From the NCBI RefSeq assembly GCF_035084215.1, contig NW_027139623.1, positions 2,046,001 through 2,110,000 of the forward strand: a stretch of 64,000 nt of DNA. The letters run 5' to 3'. Positions 1 through 12,999 of the stretch are shown one piece after another (the stretch's first letter is position 1; each line of letters starts with the position of its first letter). This DNA comes from Heptranchias perlo. Its lineage: Eukaryota. The notes under the pieces are model-generated. The model saw nothing but the letters and a program-made list of their open reading frames with translations. It had not been told where the DNA came from and made no database searches. Position numbers and translations under genes: made by a program.

Positions 1-620
1 GACAAATTCAGAATTAATCCCTCACTCACACACAGTACCAGAGACTGACAGATACAGAGTAAATCCCACACTCACATAAAGTACCGGAGACTGACAGATA
101 TATTATGATTCTCACACTCACACACAGTACCTGAGTCTGACAGATACAGAGTTAATCCTAAATTCACACAGAGTACCAGAGACTGACAAATTCAGAATTA
201 TTCCCACAATCACACACAGTACCAGAGACTGACAGATACAGAGTAAATCCCACACTCACATACAGTACCGGAGACTGACAGATACAGAGTAAATCCCACA
301 CTCACATACAGTACTGGTGACTGACAGATATATTATGAATCTCACACTCACACACAGTACCTGAGTCTGACAGATACAGAGTTAATCCTAAATTCACACA
401 GAGTACCAGAGACTGACAAATTCAGAATTATTCCCACAATCACACACAGTACCGGAGACTGACAGATACAGAGTAAATCCCACACTCACATACAGTACTG
501 GAGACTGACAGATATATTATGAATTTCACACTCACACACAGTACCAGAGACTGAAGAGAGAGAATTAATCTCAAACTCAGAGACAGTACTGGAGACTGAC
601 AGATAAAGAATGAATATACA
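1..620. repeat. 46-bp tandem satellite with 4/5-mer higher-order structure
   Basis: Unit ~gactgacagatacagagtaaatcccacactcacatacagtaccaga recurs every 46 bp; variant gacaaattcagaatta recurs at 1, 185 and 415. Confidence 0.9.
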
Positions 621-1009
621 GTCTGACATCTACTGGCCGGAAGTGAGAACTGTAACAGAGTGGAACAAATTCACATTGTCTGTCGTTGTGACAGATTCAG
701 GACAAAGTGCAATGTGAGGAAATAGTTTCTCTCTGTAACTTCTACTCTCGTATTTTTTCATATTTTGACAGTGAAATATTAAGACAATTGATTCAGAATA
801 AAGTTTTTGTTTCACTCATTCGATAGTTGTGAATTTGCCCCATTATATTTCACTCGACATTGCGCAATATTTCTGTCTGATTTCTCAGGACACGATTTAG
901 ATTAATTCAAATAAACCGAACTGAAACAGAAATAAAAACTGAGCACAAAGCTGGAAGTTTTAATGGCGACCGTCAAAGGTGAAAGGGATAAAATAGAGAG
1001 AAAAAAATA

Positions 1010-1100
1010 CCAAAAATGCTGGAAAGACTCAGCAGGTCCGGCAGCATCTGTGGAGAAGGGAAGCTCGGGTTAACGGGTCAGGACTATGACCCTTCTACAG
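1010..1100 (-). mobile_element. Degenerate Penelope-like 3' terminal fragment (second family); also at ~30465-30560 (+) and ~48541-48680 (-)
   Basis: aaatgctggaaagactcagcaggtccggcagcatctgtggag recurs three times in the window; the 48.6-kb copy reads ctgacaa...gaaacgtt on the minus strand (decayed hammerhead-like core). Family assignment is from recall. Confidence 0.45.
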
Positions 1101-1387
1101 ATCAGAAAGATTAATCCGACATAATTTAAATAAGGAACGGGAATCAGCAGAGGGAAAAACTTCAGAAAATCAATTAATTTCACTGAATCCGGACAATTGT
1201 GTCCAATATCCACAGTACAGATCAGGGGAAATAATAATACAAAGGGACAGAGTTAAATTCAACATTATGGGGGAAATAAATGAGCTTTAAAAGTATTTTT
1301 TAATATAAATTACACCCGTTTATGTTTTGGAAGCACGATCCCTCTGAACATCATCAAATTCGGTTCCAGTCTTGGTGTTTCTGAATT

Positions 1388-1462
1388 AAGCGAACTGGGA
1401 TTCAAACCTGTTGGAATTAACTGTTTGGAAGGCAGCTATACTCACCATTATAGCGCCTTAGT
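1388..1462 (-). pseudogene. Decayed tRNA-Gly(TCC) copy
   Basis: Reverse complement reads ctataatggtgagtatagctgccttccaaacagtt...ggtttgaatcccag, homologous to the intact tRNA at 43703, with a broken acceptor stem and a small insertion. Confidence 0.7.
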
Positions 1463-1609
1463 TCACTCAGAGGGAGAAATGGAGTGTTTCTGTGGAGTTT
1501 GGGTTTTGAGTTTCTGGTACTTTAATCACAGACAATAAATATTTCCCAAACACCAGCCCCTGAACAGACACAACAAGCTGGTGGAATTTCTCATTCATAA
1601 ATATTAAAT

Positions 1610-2600
1610 AAGAGGATGACAACAGAGAATAGGAAACGGTCAGGAAGATTTCACAAGAACAATTGGGGAAGCAAAGAGGAACTACGAAATTAAATTATCA
1701 AGGAATATCAAAAGAAACAGTAAATTATTCTACAGATGCATAAATAAAACAAGGAAAATCAGAATAGCTTCAGTGCCACAAAGGGATGCACAAAATAAAC
1801 TCAGTGGTAACGTCAGTGAAATGCCAGAAATATTGAATGATTACTTTTCCTCAGTATTTACCCGGGAGATTAACAGGGTGAACATGATATTAGAGGAAGA
1901 GGTCAATAAATATATCAAGACATTTAAGTTAGAAAGGGTGGTTAAACTCCTGGTCCAGATGGATTGCATCTGCACATATTAAATGAAGCAAGGGAAAAGA
2001 TAGCAGAGGCACTGTTACATATATAGAAAAAATCATCACAAAAAGGAATAGTGCCAGAGGACTGGATGACAGTTAATGTGATTCTTATAATTTAAAACAG
2101 GAGATAGAACAATTCCAGGGAACTATAGACCAGTTAACTAAAGGTCGGTGGTAGGAATGATCATGGAATCTTTTACTCAATGAAGCAATAGAAAAACATC
2201 TAGAAACCGAAAATATAATAAAGAATAGTCAGCATGGATTTCAGAAAGGGAAGGTTTAACAGTTTGGCAGAAGGTTTGACAGTTTAAATTACAGTTCACC
2301 ATAACTTATCTGCTTATCAATTCTATTCCTCTAGAAATAAACCCCAGTGCTGTGTTTGCTTTCTGTGGCCTCATCAACCTGTGTTGCTACTTTTAATGAT
2401 TTGTCAATCTGTACCCCTAAATCACTTTGCTCTTCTACACCATTTAGACTCTTATTTTCCAAGCAGTGTTTGGCCTCCTTATTCCCCCGAGCAAAATGCA
2501 CCACCTCACAACTCTCTATTTGGTAACTAAATGTCCATTTCCTCCGCCTTTCAGCAAGCTTATTAAATCTTCTTGTATTTTGTTGCATTCTTCCTCAGTT
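1610..2600. mobile_element. CR1-type LINE fragment with internal inversion
   Basis: The plus part encodes degenerate PGNYRPV...SQHGFQKGK RT motifs; from ~2280 the minus strand encodes the downstream EQxDLGVQI motif. Confidence 0.75.
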
Positions 2601-2777
2601 TAGGCTATACCCCCAAAATTAATTACAAGCATTTAATACAGCATTCCAACTCATGTTTGGTCCAACAAAATGTTCTCCATTCCCAGTTTCTCCAAATCCC
2701 ACCCGTGCAATATAATGTGAAGAATGAGTTTATCTTCTGTCCCTCTCTCATCTGCAAACTTCAATGACCCGGGGTTT

Positions 2778-2811
2778 GGGGACATCTACTGGCCGGAAGC
2801 AGAACTGCAAC
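2778..2811 (-). promoter_or_regulatory. Candidate CTCF site (core plus upstream motif)
   Basis: Minus strand TTGCAGTTCT-gcttcc-GGCCAGTAGATGTCCCC resembles the CTCF core CCASYAGRKGGC with the upstream TGCAG module. Confidence 0.55.
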
Positions 2812-3070
2812 AGTTCGGAACAAATTGCTGAAACCGGACAATGTGCAGTGTGAGCGTGATTGTGATTGGTGGCAGGTATTAAATCTGATTGGATATCTGA
2901 AGAAACCAATCAGAGAGTGAACGTAAATGTTTTGTGTCCTCACGCCCAATCGTCCAATCACAATCATTGCCTTCCTCCATCCCTCATTACCATTGGGCTG
3001 TGGGGCTGCCTATTTAATCCGAGCTCGGAGCGGATTTGGGTCATTTCTGGGTCTGAAATTGAGTTTGAAA

Positions 3071-3445
3071 ATGCCTGAGGACAAGAAAGCAGCTCCCAAG
3101 AAGGGCGCCAAGAAAACCTTGAGTAAAGCACCAGCCAAGGGCGGCAAGAAGCGGAGAAAGTCGAGGAAGGAGAGTTACTCCATCTACGTCTACAAAGTGA
3201 TGAAGCAGGTTCACCCCGACACCGGCATCTCCTCCAAGGCCATGAGCATCATGAACTCCTTTGTGAACGATATTTTCGAGCGCATCGCGGGTGAGGCTTC
3301 CCGCCTGGCCCATTACAACAAACGGGCGACCATCAGCTCCCGGGAGATCCAGACCGCCGTGCGCCTGCTGCTGCCCGGGGAACTGGCCAAGCACGCCGTG
3401 TCGGAAGGGACAAAGGCGGTGACCAAGTACACCAGCTCCAAGTAA
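3071..3445 (+). CDS. H2B: Histone H2B, replication-dependent (124 aa)
   Basis: MPEDKK...[27 protein letters not shown]...[10 protein letters not shown]; CCAAT boxes and TATTTAA upstream; stem-loop downstream. Confidence 0.98.
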   Translation: MPEDKKAAPKKGAKKTLSKAPAKGGKKRRKSRKESYSIYVYKVMKQVHPDTGISSKAMSIMNSFVNDIFERIAGEASRLAHYNKRATISSREIQTAVRLLLPGELAKHAVSEGTKAVTKYTSSK

Positions 3446-3475
3446 AACTCCACAATGTACTGAAAAAAAAACAAC

Positions 3476-3491
3476 GGCTCTTTTAAGAGCC
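3476..3491 (+). terminator. Histone 3' stem-loop (H2B)
   Basis: GGCTCTTTTAAGAGCC followed by ACCCA. Confidence 0.95.
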
Positions 3492-4107
3492 ACCCACAAC
3501 CTCTCTGAAGGATCTGCATTTCCGATATATTTACATAGTATGTTTTTAATACCGCGATATTATTCCAATCGAAAACTGATACTCTACGCCGTTGAAATTT
3601 CTGACCCATAAACTGAACACGAGTTTCTGATCCGCTCCTTCCCATTCGCTTTGTTCTTAAAGCGTTACTATTCCGGCGACGAACACACCCTGAATGACCC
3701 CTTAGCATTTCCATTATCTCTATGAATTCAGTCTCCCCACATTAAAAGCAAACCCACCCCTTGCAGTAACACAGCGGAATAGGGGCAGAATGAGAACTCC
3801 GTCCGGGTCCCTCTTTTCACAGAAACACTCTCGGCTCTTTGAGAAGGGACCAATCTATAACGTGTCACTTTTATAAAGACTAAATTGAAATGTGTCGCTT
3901 CACGGAATGCTGTGAATGGGGATTTAGTCCCGTTCGGTACAGTTTGAAAGCGATGATAAAATTAGCGAAAATTTAAAGCAGATTTTAAAATAGCGCCAGC
4001 GATTGGTGACGGGTAGCGCTGAATAAGACACGATAAAAAGAACGGGTTTAAAATCTTGTGCTCAGGGCGACATTGATCGAAATCCGGTCCTTTACTGCAC
4101 TGAAATT

Positions 4108-4122
4108 GGCGGGCTTTTTGAA
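4108..4122 (+). promoter_or_regulatory. CDE/CHR-like element upstream of H2A
   Basis: GGCGG-gctt-TTTGAA: GC element, 4-nt spacer and CHR consensus. Confidence 0.55.
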
Positions 4123-4255
4123 ATTCATCAAATTCCTGGTCTTTGAGGCCGGTAAATCCCGCCCTCTTCTGATTCCCAGCTATCTGATTGTTTAATGAAA
4201 TAGGCAAATGAGGTGTATTAAAGAAGAACCAATCAGATGATCTTTTAGTCTATAA

Positions 4256-4705
<450 letters not shown>

Positions 4706-4735
4706 AGCGGCCAAGATTTAATCTGATAACCCAAA

Positions 4736-4751
4736 GGCTCTTTTCAGAGCC
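4736..4751 (+). terminator. Histone 3' stem-loop (H2A)
   Basis: GGCTCTTTTCAGAGCC-ACCCA followed by a purine-rich downstream element gaaagggctg. Confidence 0.95.
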
Positions 4752-5991
4752 ACCCACTGTATCGATGAAAGGGCTGGTTACTCTATGAACGGAGTTAGAA
4801 ATTAATTTATAAATAAACAATCTGTTTCAGTTCTGGTGATTTTACGTTCCTTGATTCCGATTCTAGATCTAACTGCCTCCCATTAGTTAGAAACTAACGA
4901 TATCTTCTTAAATACAAATGATCTGTTGCAGTACTCGCTTCCGGACAGTAGATGTCGCCAACCTCCAATAGTTTGAAATTTGCAGATTGTATCGGAAATG
5001 AGACACAAAATAATCAGTTCATGAAACTGGGCGGGTGGGATACAGAAATACCAGGTCAGTTTGATCATCGGCAACAAGAGGCACTCTATTGTGTTCCGGC
5101 CATTATTGTAAGTGTGATTTACAGTCTCATCCTCCCACAACACTTACTCGGTCTGACTTCCATTTCCCAGACTTGTCCGCCAGAAGGTGACGGATGTGTT
5201 GATTATTGTGTCAGCGATTGCTGAATCAGTGAATGAAATTTATCCGTTATTGGCTGTGAGAGGGATTTATTCTGTCCCTGTCAGTCTGTTCCTGTGTCAG
5301 TGACGAGTACCGCAGTGAATGTGACACTAAGTTTTACACTGATTCTACAGCTGGAGAGGGATAATAGACAAACTTCATTTGATCCGAGTCTGGTTCTTTA
5401 GAGATTAAAATATTTCCAACAGAGCCAAGCTGATACTATATCGGAAATGAGAACTTGCATTTCTTATACTTTGCACGAGTGCCCGAGCCTCTCCCTGTGT
5501 ATATGTCCGAGTTGGAGTGACACTGGGGGTGTGGATACCTGATGTGAAAGAGTAGGATCAAAATCAGATCTTTCTTTACCTGTTTGCCAGCACTTTCCCT
5601 GTCCAATTGTGGCACTGGATGTGATGATGGCACTCAGTCTGCGCTGTATGAGTGGAATTCACCTCCCTCCAATCCTGGGTGTGATGTGTGGAAATTAAAC
5701 TGCGTCCGTTTCAAATTCCTGATGTTGGTCATTCTGGAATTGTCACCCTTGTCTGTTTGTGTAAATTTAACACTGCTACTTTACCTGCCCGAAACTTCAC
5801 AGATCAGCTCTACTCCGAACTCTCTCTGGTGTTATAACGGGCTATAATATGGACAGTTAACAAATAAAAGTCGTGCCCCGCCTGACATCCGCTACCTCCC
5901 TTCATAAATTTCCCGTTTTAGTATATTTTTATCGGCACTGTCGCACCATTTCAACCCAGGAGATCTCAGCTCTTTCCATCGCCGATTTGGT

Positions 5992-6007
5992 GGCTCTGAA
6001 AAGAGCC
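5992..6007 (-). terminator. Histone 3' stem-loop (H3) with U7 element AAAGAGCTG
   Basis: Minus strand GGCTCTTTTCAGAGCC-ACCA...ATGGAAAGAGCTG. Confidence 0.95.
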
Positions 6008-6040
6008 TTTGTTGCACTTGGTGCTGAAGCCGGGTCGGGT

Positions 6041-6520
<480 letters not shown>

Positions 6521-7309
6521 TTATAAACTGTCTAAGGCGATCCGCCCCTGGCCTGTGATTTGCTGACGTCCAACACCCTATCAGGGAGTGACCGTCCCGG
6601 GCCTGTGATTGGCAGGTTTGTACCGAGCTCTGACAGTCAGACCGAAACGGCGGGAGATATTGGGCCCCAATTGGCTGAGCTGAAATTAATCATCAATTTC
6701 AAAAAGCCCGCCAATTTCAGAGCATCAATTAACAGTTTCAAGAAAATCTCATTTCCCTCCAGCAATTTAAGAATCTCTCTCTTTATAATCTCCATTATTT
6801 CCCACTCCTCAGCTCAAACCTCAGGCTGTTTCACATTCCGGTTCATTCTCTGATCTGTCTGTAAACGGGCGGGAATAAAGCCCCGGTCATTGCTTTCCGG
6901 AACGGGACAAAGTCCAGCTTCAATTTCAAAAATCCCGCCAGTTCCGGCCCGGTGAACCGCTCCTCAAACAGAAACTTCACATCGAACTGATAATTGAATG
7001 AGGGCAGGAAATAAAGAGCGAGCAGAGAGGACACAGCGGGAGAGGGAGTGAGGCGGGATTTTACTCTGAGCGGAGAATGTAATGTCTGGGGAAAGACTCT
7101 GTATCCCCGCCTATTCATTTATACCGTGAAATGGGAATTCCGCTCCTTCTCTCGGGATGGCCGAGAACCCCGGCCGTTGTTTCTGATCTCCCTGTACCGA
7201 GTGTTGGGGAATCTCCCCATACTAATTAAATATCAGAAACTGATTCCCCATCCCGAGATCTTTCCTCTCCCCGTTCCCAGGTCAGTGCTCTCTCTGTGAG
7301 GCGGTGGGT

Positions 7310-7325
7310 GGCTCTTAGAAGAGCC
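7310..7325 (-). terminator. Histone 3' stem-loop (H4)
   Basis: Minus strand GGCTCTTCTAAGAGCC-ACCCA. Confidence 0.93.
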
Positions 7326-7360
7326 TTTGTTTTGTGTCCGGTTTGAAAGGGTCGAGTTGT

Positions 7361-7681
<321 letters not shown>

Positions 7682-7777
7682 TCACTCAAATCGCTGCTGA
7701 ATGAACAGCAAACTTATGCTGCTTCCGTTTTTATGCAGCCTGCCCCGACCTGACTGAAACAGACACAGGGTGAGAGA

Positions 7778-8020
7778 GGGAGTGGAGGAGACAGAGTGAG
7801 ATATTAAACAGGGAGGGGAGGAGACAGAGTGAGATATTAAACAGGGAGGGGAGGAGACAGAGTGAGATATTAAACAGAGAGGGGAGGAGACAGAGTGAGA
7901 TATTAAACAGGGAGGGGAGGAGACAGAATGAGATATTAAACAGGGAGTGGAGGAGACAGAGTGAGATATTGAACAGGGAGGGGAGGAGACAGAGTGAGAT
8001 ATTAAACAGGGAGGGGAGGA
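7778..8020. repeat. 33-bp minisatellite (~7 copies) in the H4 promoter
   Basis: gggaggggaggagacagagtgagatattaaaca tandem; 11-aa periodicity in overlapping ORFs. Confidence 0.92.
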
Positions 8021-8697
8021 GAGAGTCAGAGTGACGGACAGAGCGGAGAGCGGCGGCTGATCTTCCAGCTCCACCTCCAGCTTTCTCCACCTGCCAATTT
8101 CAAACCGTTTATCGATAATAGAACCGAAACACAGCGCTCCGCACAAACCCTTACAGACTCGGGCTTCATATTCATGGATTCCCAGAAAAACAGAGCTTTT
8201 AAATAAGCCCCGTTACAATTAACAGTCAGTAATATTCCTGCCGAAATACAGTCCCTTCTATAACAAGTCAACCCGCCTCCTTCCATTTCAGTCCCAGACC
8301 CGATTCGATCTCCCCACGCATCCCCTCCCAGACGGGTTCAGCAGTTTACAAACACTTTATTCCAGCTGATTTGGAGAATCTCATGTGTTGGGGTTTGAAT
8401 TGTGATAGCTGCGGATCTCCGCCAGTTTTACCCTGTCACAGACTCTCGCCCGGAGTCTGTGAGAATAAATGAACTGGGACTGGAGCCGAACACACGCCAG
8501 TTCCAGTGAGGCCCGGCCCGGACATCCCATTCTCTCTATTTTATTTCAGACAGTGGGGGTGGGGCGGGGATAGCGAATATCAGCGAGTCACCAGCACCCT
8601 GGGTTTATTTGAAATGATTTATATCTGAAATCTGAGCCCGGCCCCGGGACAGGAATCATCTGATTCCGGGATCAGCTCTTTTCTGAGAGACGTGGGT

Positions 8698-8713
8698 GGC
8701 TCTGAGAAGAGCC
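8698..8713 (-). terminator. Histone 3' stem-loop (H1)
   Basis: Minus strand GGCTCTTCTCAGAGCC-ACCCA then AAAAGAGCTG. Confidence 0.95.
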
Positions 8714-8749
8714 GTTGGGTTCAGATGGTCACAAGTTGCACTTGATTTT

Positions 8750-9364
8750 TTACTTCTTTTTGCCCGCTGCTTTCTTAGGCTCTGCTGACTTCGGCTTGGG
8801 CTTGGCCCTCGGTTTTTTCACCTTCTTCGCCTTCGCCTTCACTGTCTTGGGGGTCTTGGGCTTCTGAGCCGCCGCTTTCTTCTTAATTGGTGATTTCGCC
8901 GCCTTTTTCGTGGTCGATTTCTTGACCGCTGGTTTCTTGGCCGTTAATTTCTTGACGGCTGTTTTTTTGGCCGCTGGTTTCTTTCCCGGAGATTTCTTGG
9001 TCACTTGTTTCTTCACCTTCTTTAACACTTTTGCCTGGGTTTCCTTCTTAGCGACTCTGAAGGAGCCCGAGGCGCCCGTGCCCTTGATCTGCACCAGGGA
9101 GCCTTTTTCCACATTTCTCTTGATACTTAATTTGATCTGGGACCGGAGCTTCTCCACATCCAGGCCTTTGGTAGCCAGAACCTTCTTTATCGCGGCCAGG
9201 GATATTCCTTTGCGATCCTTGCAATCCCCCACAATCTTGAGGATCTGTTCGCCCAACGGGGGACCGGTGGTCTTGGGTCGGGGAACCGCCTTCTTCTTCT
9301 TGGGAGCCTTGGGTGGAGCGGCGGCGGCAGGAGGAGCCGCTTCTGCGGCTGCAGTGTCTGTCAT
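8750..9364 (-). CDS. H1: Linker histone H1 (204 aa), divergent globular domain
   Basis: MTDTAAAE...GPP...KGTGASGSF... with a Lys/Ala/Pro-rich tail and SP-x-K motifs; AC box AAACACA (9509-9515) and GC box upstream. Confidence 0.95.
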   Translation of the reverse strand: MTDTAAAEAAPPAAAAPPKAPKKKKAVPRPKTTGPPLGEQILKIVGDCKDRKGISLAAIKKVLATKGLDVEKLRSQIKLSIKRNVEKGSLVQIKGTGASGSFRVAKKETQAKVLKKVKKQVTKKSPGKKPAAKKTAVKKLTAKKPAVKKSTTKKAAKSPIKKKAAAQKPKTPKTVKAKAKKVKKPRAKPKPKSAEPKKAAGKKK

Positions 9365-11252
9365 GTCCGGGAATCTGCAGAAAATCTCTCTGACAGTCAG
9401 AGCTGGGGCAGAAATGAAACGAGAGGCGGCGGCACAGAGCAACTTAAAGGCACAGAGCGGACGGGGCGGAGACATCCTGCTGTCAGCTCCCGGCACCTCC
9501 AGCATCTCTGTGTTTCTCTCTCCTCTTAAACTCCCCGATTCCAATTCAAATCGGGCACTCCAGAGTCCCAGACTAGCCCCTTCCTATCTCTAACACCGGT
9601 ATGTTTGCTGTCGATAAACTTGCACCGGAATTAAAAGCACCAGTTTCGATTTAAACCCGTTTCATTGCTGCACTGATCGCGCTCTCTCACCCGATCGCTG
9701 ACATGATCTTCGTTTTTCGGCTGAAATCTTGAATTGATCTGAAACTTTACCTTAAATTTCCACTTTGGAGCTCGGCAGGGGAGGAAGGCGATCCTTTGAC
9801 AGGGATTTTTTTAAAATTTTACTCAAAATAGACTTGGAAATCCGGCGATGAGACCAGTCAGACAAACACAGTGACATTAATCTAACCCGCCCGCCCCTTT
9901 AACACACTCTCTCTGACACAATGTTCACATCTTCACATTCACAGGACAAACTGTTCGCCAGATTGACAATTCCCGGGACAGGCTTTCCTCCCCGCTCGGC
10001 CTGTGCTGCAGATTCTCGGGGGTTAGTTGTCGTTTCCCAGCTCAGTAACTGTTAAACACTCTGAGGCCAGCGCTCCTCACAGTGTCTGGTCCCCAGATTC
10101 AGGGACAGGAGACAATCACAGCTGTGGATGTGATAATCCATATCTGGTTTTACATGATTATATTATTCACACTCAGCAATATGTTTGGTTGAGACGATAA
10201 TACAAATTATCCGCTCTGGGCTCCTCCAGTCTCTCTGTCTTTCTCTCCCTCCTCCTAAACTGACTGACAGACAAAAGTAACTGGTGTCCTATCCGTCCCA
10301 TTCTCAACACCCAGAGACGGCCATTTACTGAATAAATTCAACATTCACTGGCAGTCCAGTGTCAGACAGTTACAGGCTGTTTCTCTCCACCTTTCCTTAC
10401 TGGACTGGAGACTGATAAATGAACCGTCAGACCGGCTCATACATAATAGAAGGGACAGTGACCGTCTCACCAACAGCACCGGAGGTCTGTTCACAGACAC
10501 AGAATCAGTCTTTACCTTCCAACAGGGTGTTCATATTACGCTCAATAACACTATCCCGCTTTCATGTACAGCGCTAGAGATAGAGAAATACAGACGGACA
10601 GATAAAGAGACAGACAGAGACAGGCACACAGACAAAGTATCATTCTCACACTTCCTCTCAGTGTGTCCGTTTCACACTCAGCAAACAGTATCCCACCTTC
10701 GTGTACAGCGCCAGAGAGATACAGACAGTCAGAGTATCAGCCATACGCTTCCCATCAGTGTCTCTGTATCACGCTCAGCAGCAGTATTCCACCTTCATAT
10801 GTTGTACAAAAGAGAGAGAGAAACTGACCTGCAATGTCCCGTTTTCACCCAGTCACAAATTGGAAAATTCTCCATTCCAATTGCCATTCCATGCTGGAGT
10901 GACAGATGATGCAGTCTCATCTCTCACTGATATTATTTCAGAGACAGACACATTATTAATCCCACTCTCAGGGACAGTGTCACGCATTTAACCCTCTCTT
11001 GCGTGTTGTACCCTCTGCAATTTTGCAGCTCAGGGCCCTTCTCTATTTCTCTCAGTGACCGTGAGTTTCATTCCGATTGAAATAAACTGGGACTGTTGCC
11101 GTCAGATATTAATCCTGCACGGTCCCAGCAAATACAACGACTCCCACTTTCCTCCCATGTTTCTCCAGGATTGGTTCGAGGAATCCGGCCTCCAGTTACG
11201 GAGTCACAAGTTTCTTTATCAGTAAAGGGACCAAGAATGAACAGAACCAATT

Positions 11253-11268
11253 GGCTCATTTCAGAGCC
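11253..11268 (+). pseudogene. Orphan degenerate histone (H2A-type) 3' end without a CDS
   Basis: GGCTCATTTCAGAGCC-gcccact preceded by agtaaagggaccaaga, resembling the H2A stop/3'UTR; inverted copies at ~24170-24185 and ~41409-41424. Confidence 0.55.
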
Positions 11269-11554
11269 GCCCACTTTATCTCTGAAAGACTCTTTTCCAT
11301 CAAAAGATACCGAGAGAAACAGCAGGGATGGAAACATCTAGTTTAATAGTTAGAGATTGTAAAGTCAGTCTGGATTCCAGCATTAGGCACTGGTGGAATC
11401 CCATCTGTTTTCCATTCTGGTGCCTGTTCCTGCACTGCCTGTGGACCCCATTCCCTCTGACCTTTCCCCCAGACCCACTTCCTTTGCTCAGACTCTGAAA
11501 AATTCCAATTGGGGAAAGTTTCCATCGATTTTTGTATTGGGAATTAAACCAGAT

Positions 11555-11700
11555 AACCGCGCATGCGCGACTCAGCCCCGCCCCCTGCGCTGACACGTGG
11601 GGTGCAGAAGAGCGCATGCGCGCTGCCCTCCCCCAGCTCGGCCTGTGGGCGCCATTCCCTCAGTGAGCGGAAGAAGATGGTTTAAAACAGCCGGGAATGG
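11555..11700 (+). promoter_or_regulatory. CpG-rich promoter-like segment with two NRF1 palindromes (inverted copy ~40980-41120)
   Basis: GCGCATGCGC at 11559 and 11612, GC box, CACGTG, cggaagaagatgg. Confidence 0.55.
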
Positions 11701-12999
11701 AGAGATCACGGCCCCCGGGGGAAGGGAGCAAAGAGCAGCCTCGTTACAGCAGCTCATCGCTTCGGGACCGTGTCCGCAGATGGGCTCAGAGATCGGCATT
11801 GAGTCCGGGGGAAGGTCAGGGGGAGTCCGGGGGCTGTTTGTAAGAGGCGGAGTGGATCAGGAACTGGTCCCGGAACATGGAGTGAGCGGGGGAAGGGAGA
11901 GGTCATTCTCGGGCTGTGTGTGAACAGGGTGTGTCCAGGGGAAGGGAGACAGAATGGGAAGAACCTGCTATTTAAAATCATTGCTGCTTTCTCTCCCCAA
12001 ACCAGTAGTGAATGTTCCTGGTTTAGTTCCAGTCTCACCCTGTTTATTGTTATTGGACAGTGAAGAGTGGAAACAGAGCTGGACAGTGAGGATGTGGGGA
12101 GTTATACAAAGAGCATCTATTGCAGGCATCAGGTGAGAAGTGTGAAGGACACATTTTATACAACTGCTGTTATATTTCTATTGAACGGTTATTCCCCTGG
12201 GAGAGGGAATTAGAATCCTGACCTGCACAAAGGTCCCTGCCCCATCGGGTAGTCCCATTGATGGATCAGTGCAGGGGTTGGATTGAGTCTGGATGTCAAT
12301 AATTATTGTAAAACAGCCCAACACACCTGGTGTGCAGAAGCTGAGTGCTGCAGTCCTGCAGTGGAGTCAGACACTGACACTGTTTGTATGGCTGGTTTTC
12401 ATAATGATCATTCACAGCGATATTAAACTGATCACTTTTGTATTTTCTACCTCACTGGTTCTGGAGTTAAAACAGTTACTTTTTTCTTCTGACAGAAAAA
12501 TACTTGAAGGGCCAAGAATCAATGTGATGCTTCCTGCACCCGAGGCACAAGGAACAGTGCAGCCAGCTCCTCACACACAGTAAGTACGTTATCATTCAGA
12601 GAGACACAGACAGGTCATCAGTTCCACATTCTCAGACAGCAGAAGTACTCAGTCCCAAACTGATCCCAAGATCCGGAGACACATTTTCAATCCAACAGGG
12701 AAACAGAGCAGGTGAGGCAGACGCTGTTTCCATTTCACCCTCACTCAGTTCCACTGAGAGGGAGATACTAAAATCCCAGTCCAAAGTCATGCTTTAAGAT
12801 TGTCAATCCCACAGTAGGTTAACAGTAGCTACGAATTAAATATCAGATAGAAATCACACATGGTGCCCGATTGAAAGGTAGAGAATGAATTATAATAATA
12901 TAACCGGAGATTCAAATTGAATACGCGACCAGAACTCTCTCACACATGTGAGTTTAATACATGCAGTATCCATTCGAATAGTGCAGCATGAGATACAAA

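Noticed and set aside
1-620. CRISPR-like regular repeats
   Set aside because: No unique spacers, eukaryotic context, no cas genes.
8910-9593. Antisense ORFs over the histone genes and N-terminal extensions in the ORF track
   Set aside because: Codon-bias shadows of the histone CDSs; the extensions start at non-ATG codons, mostly upstream of or across the TATA region.
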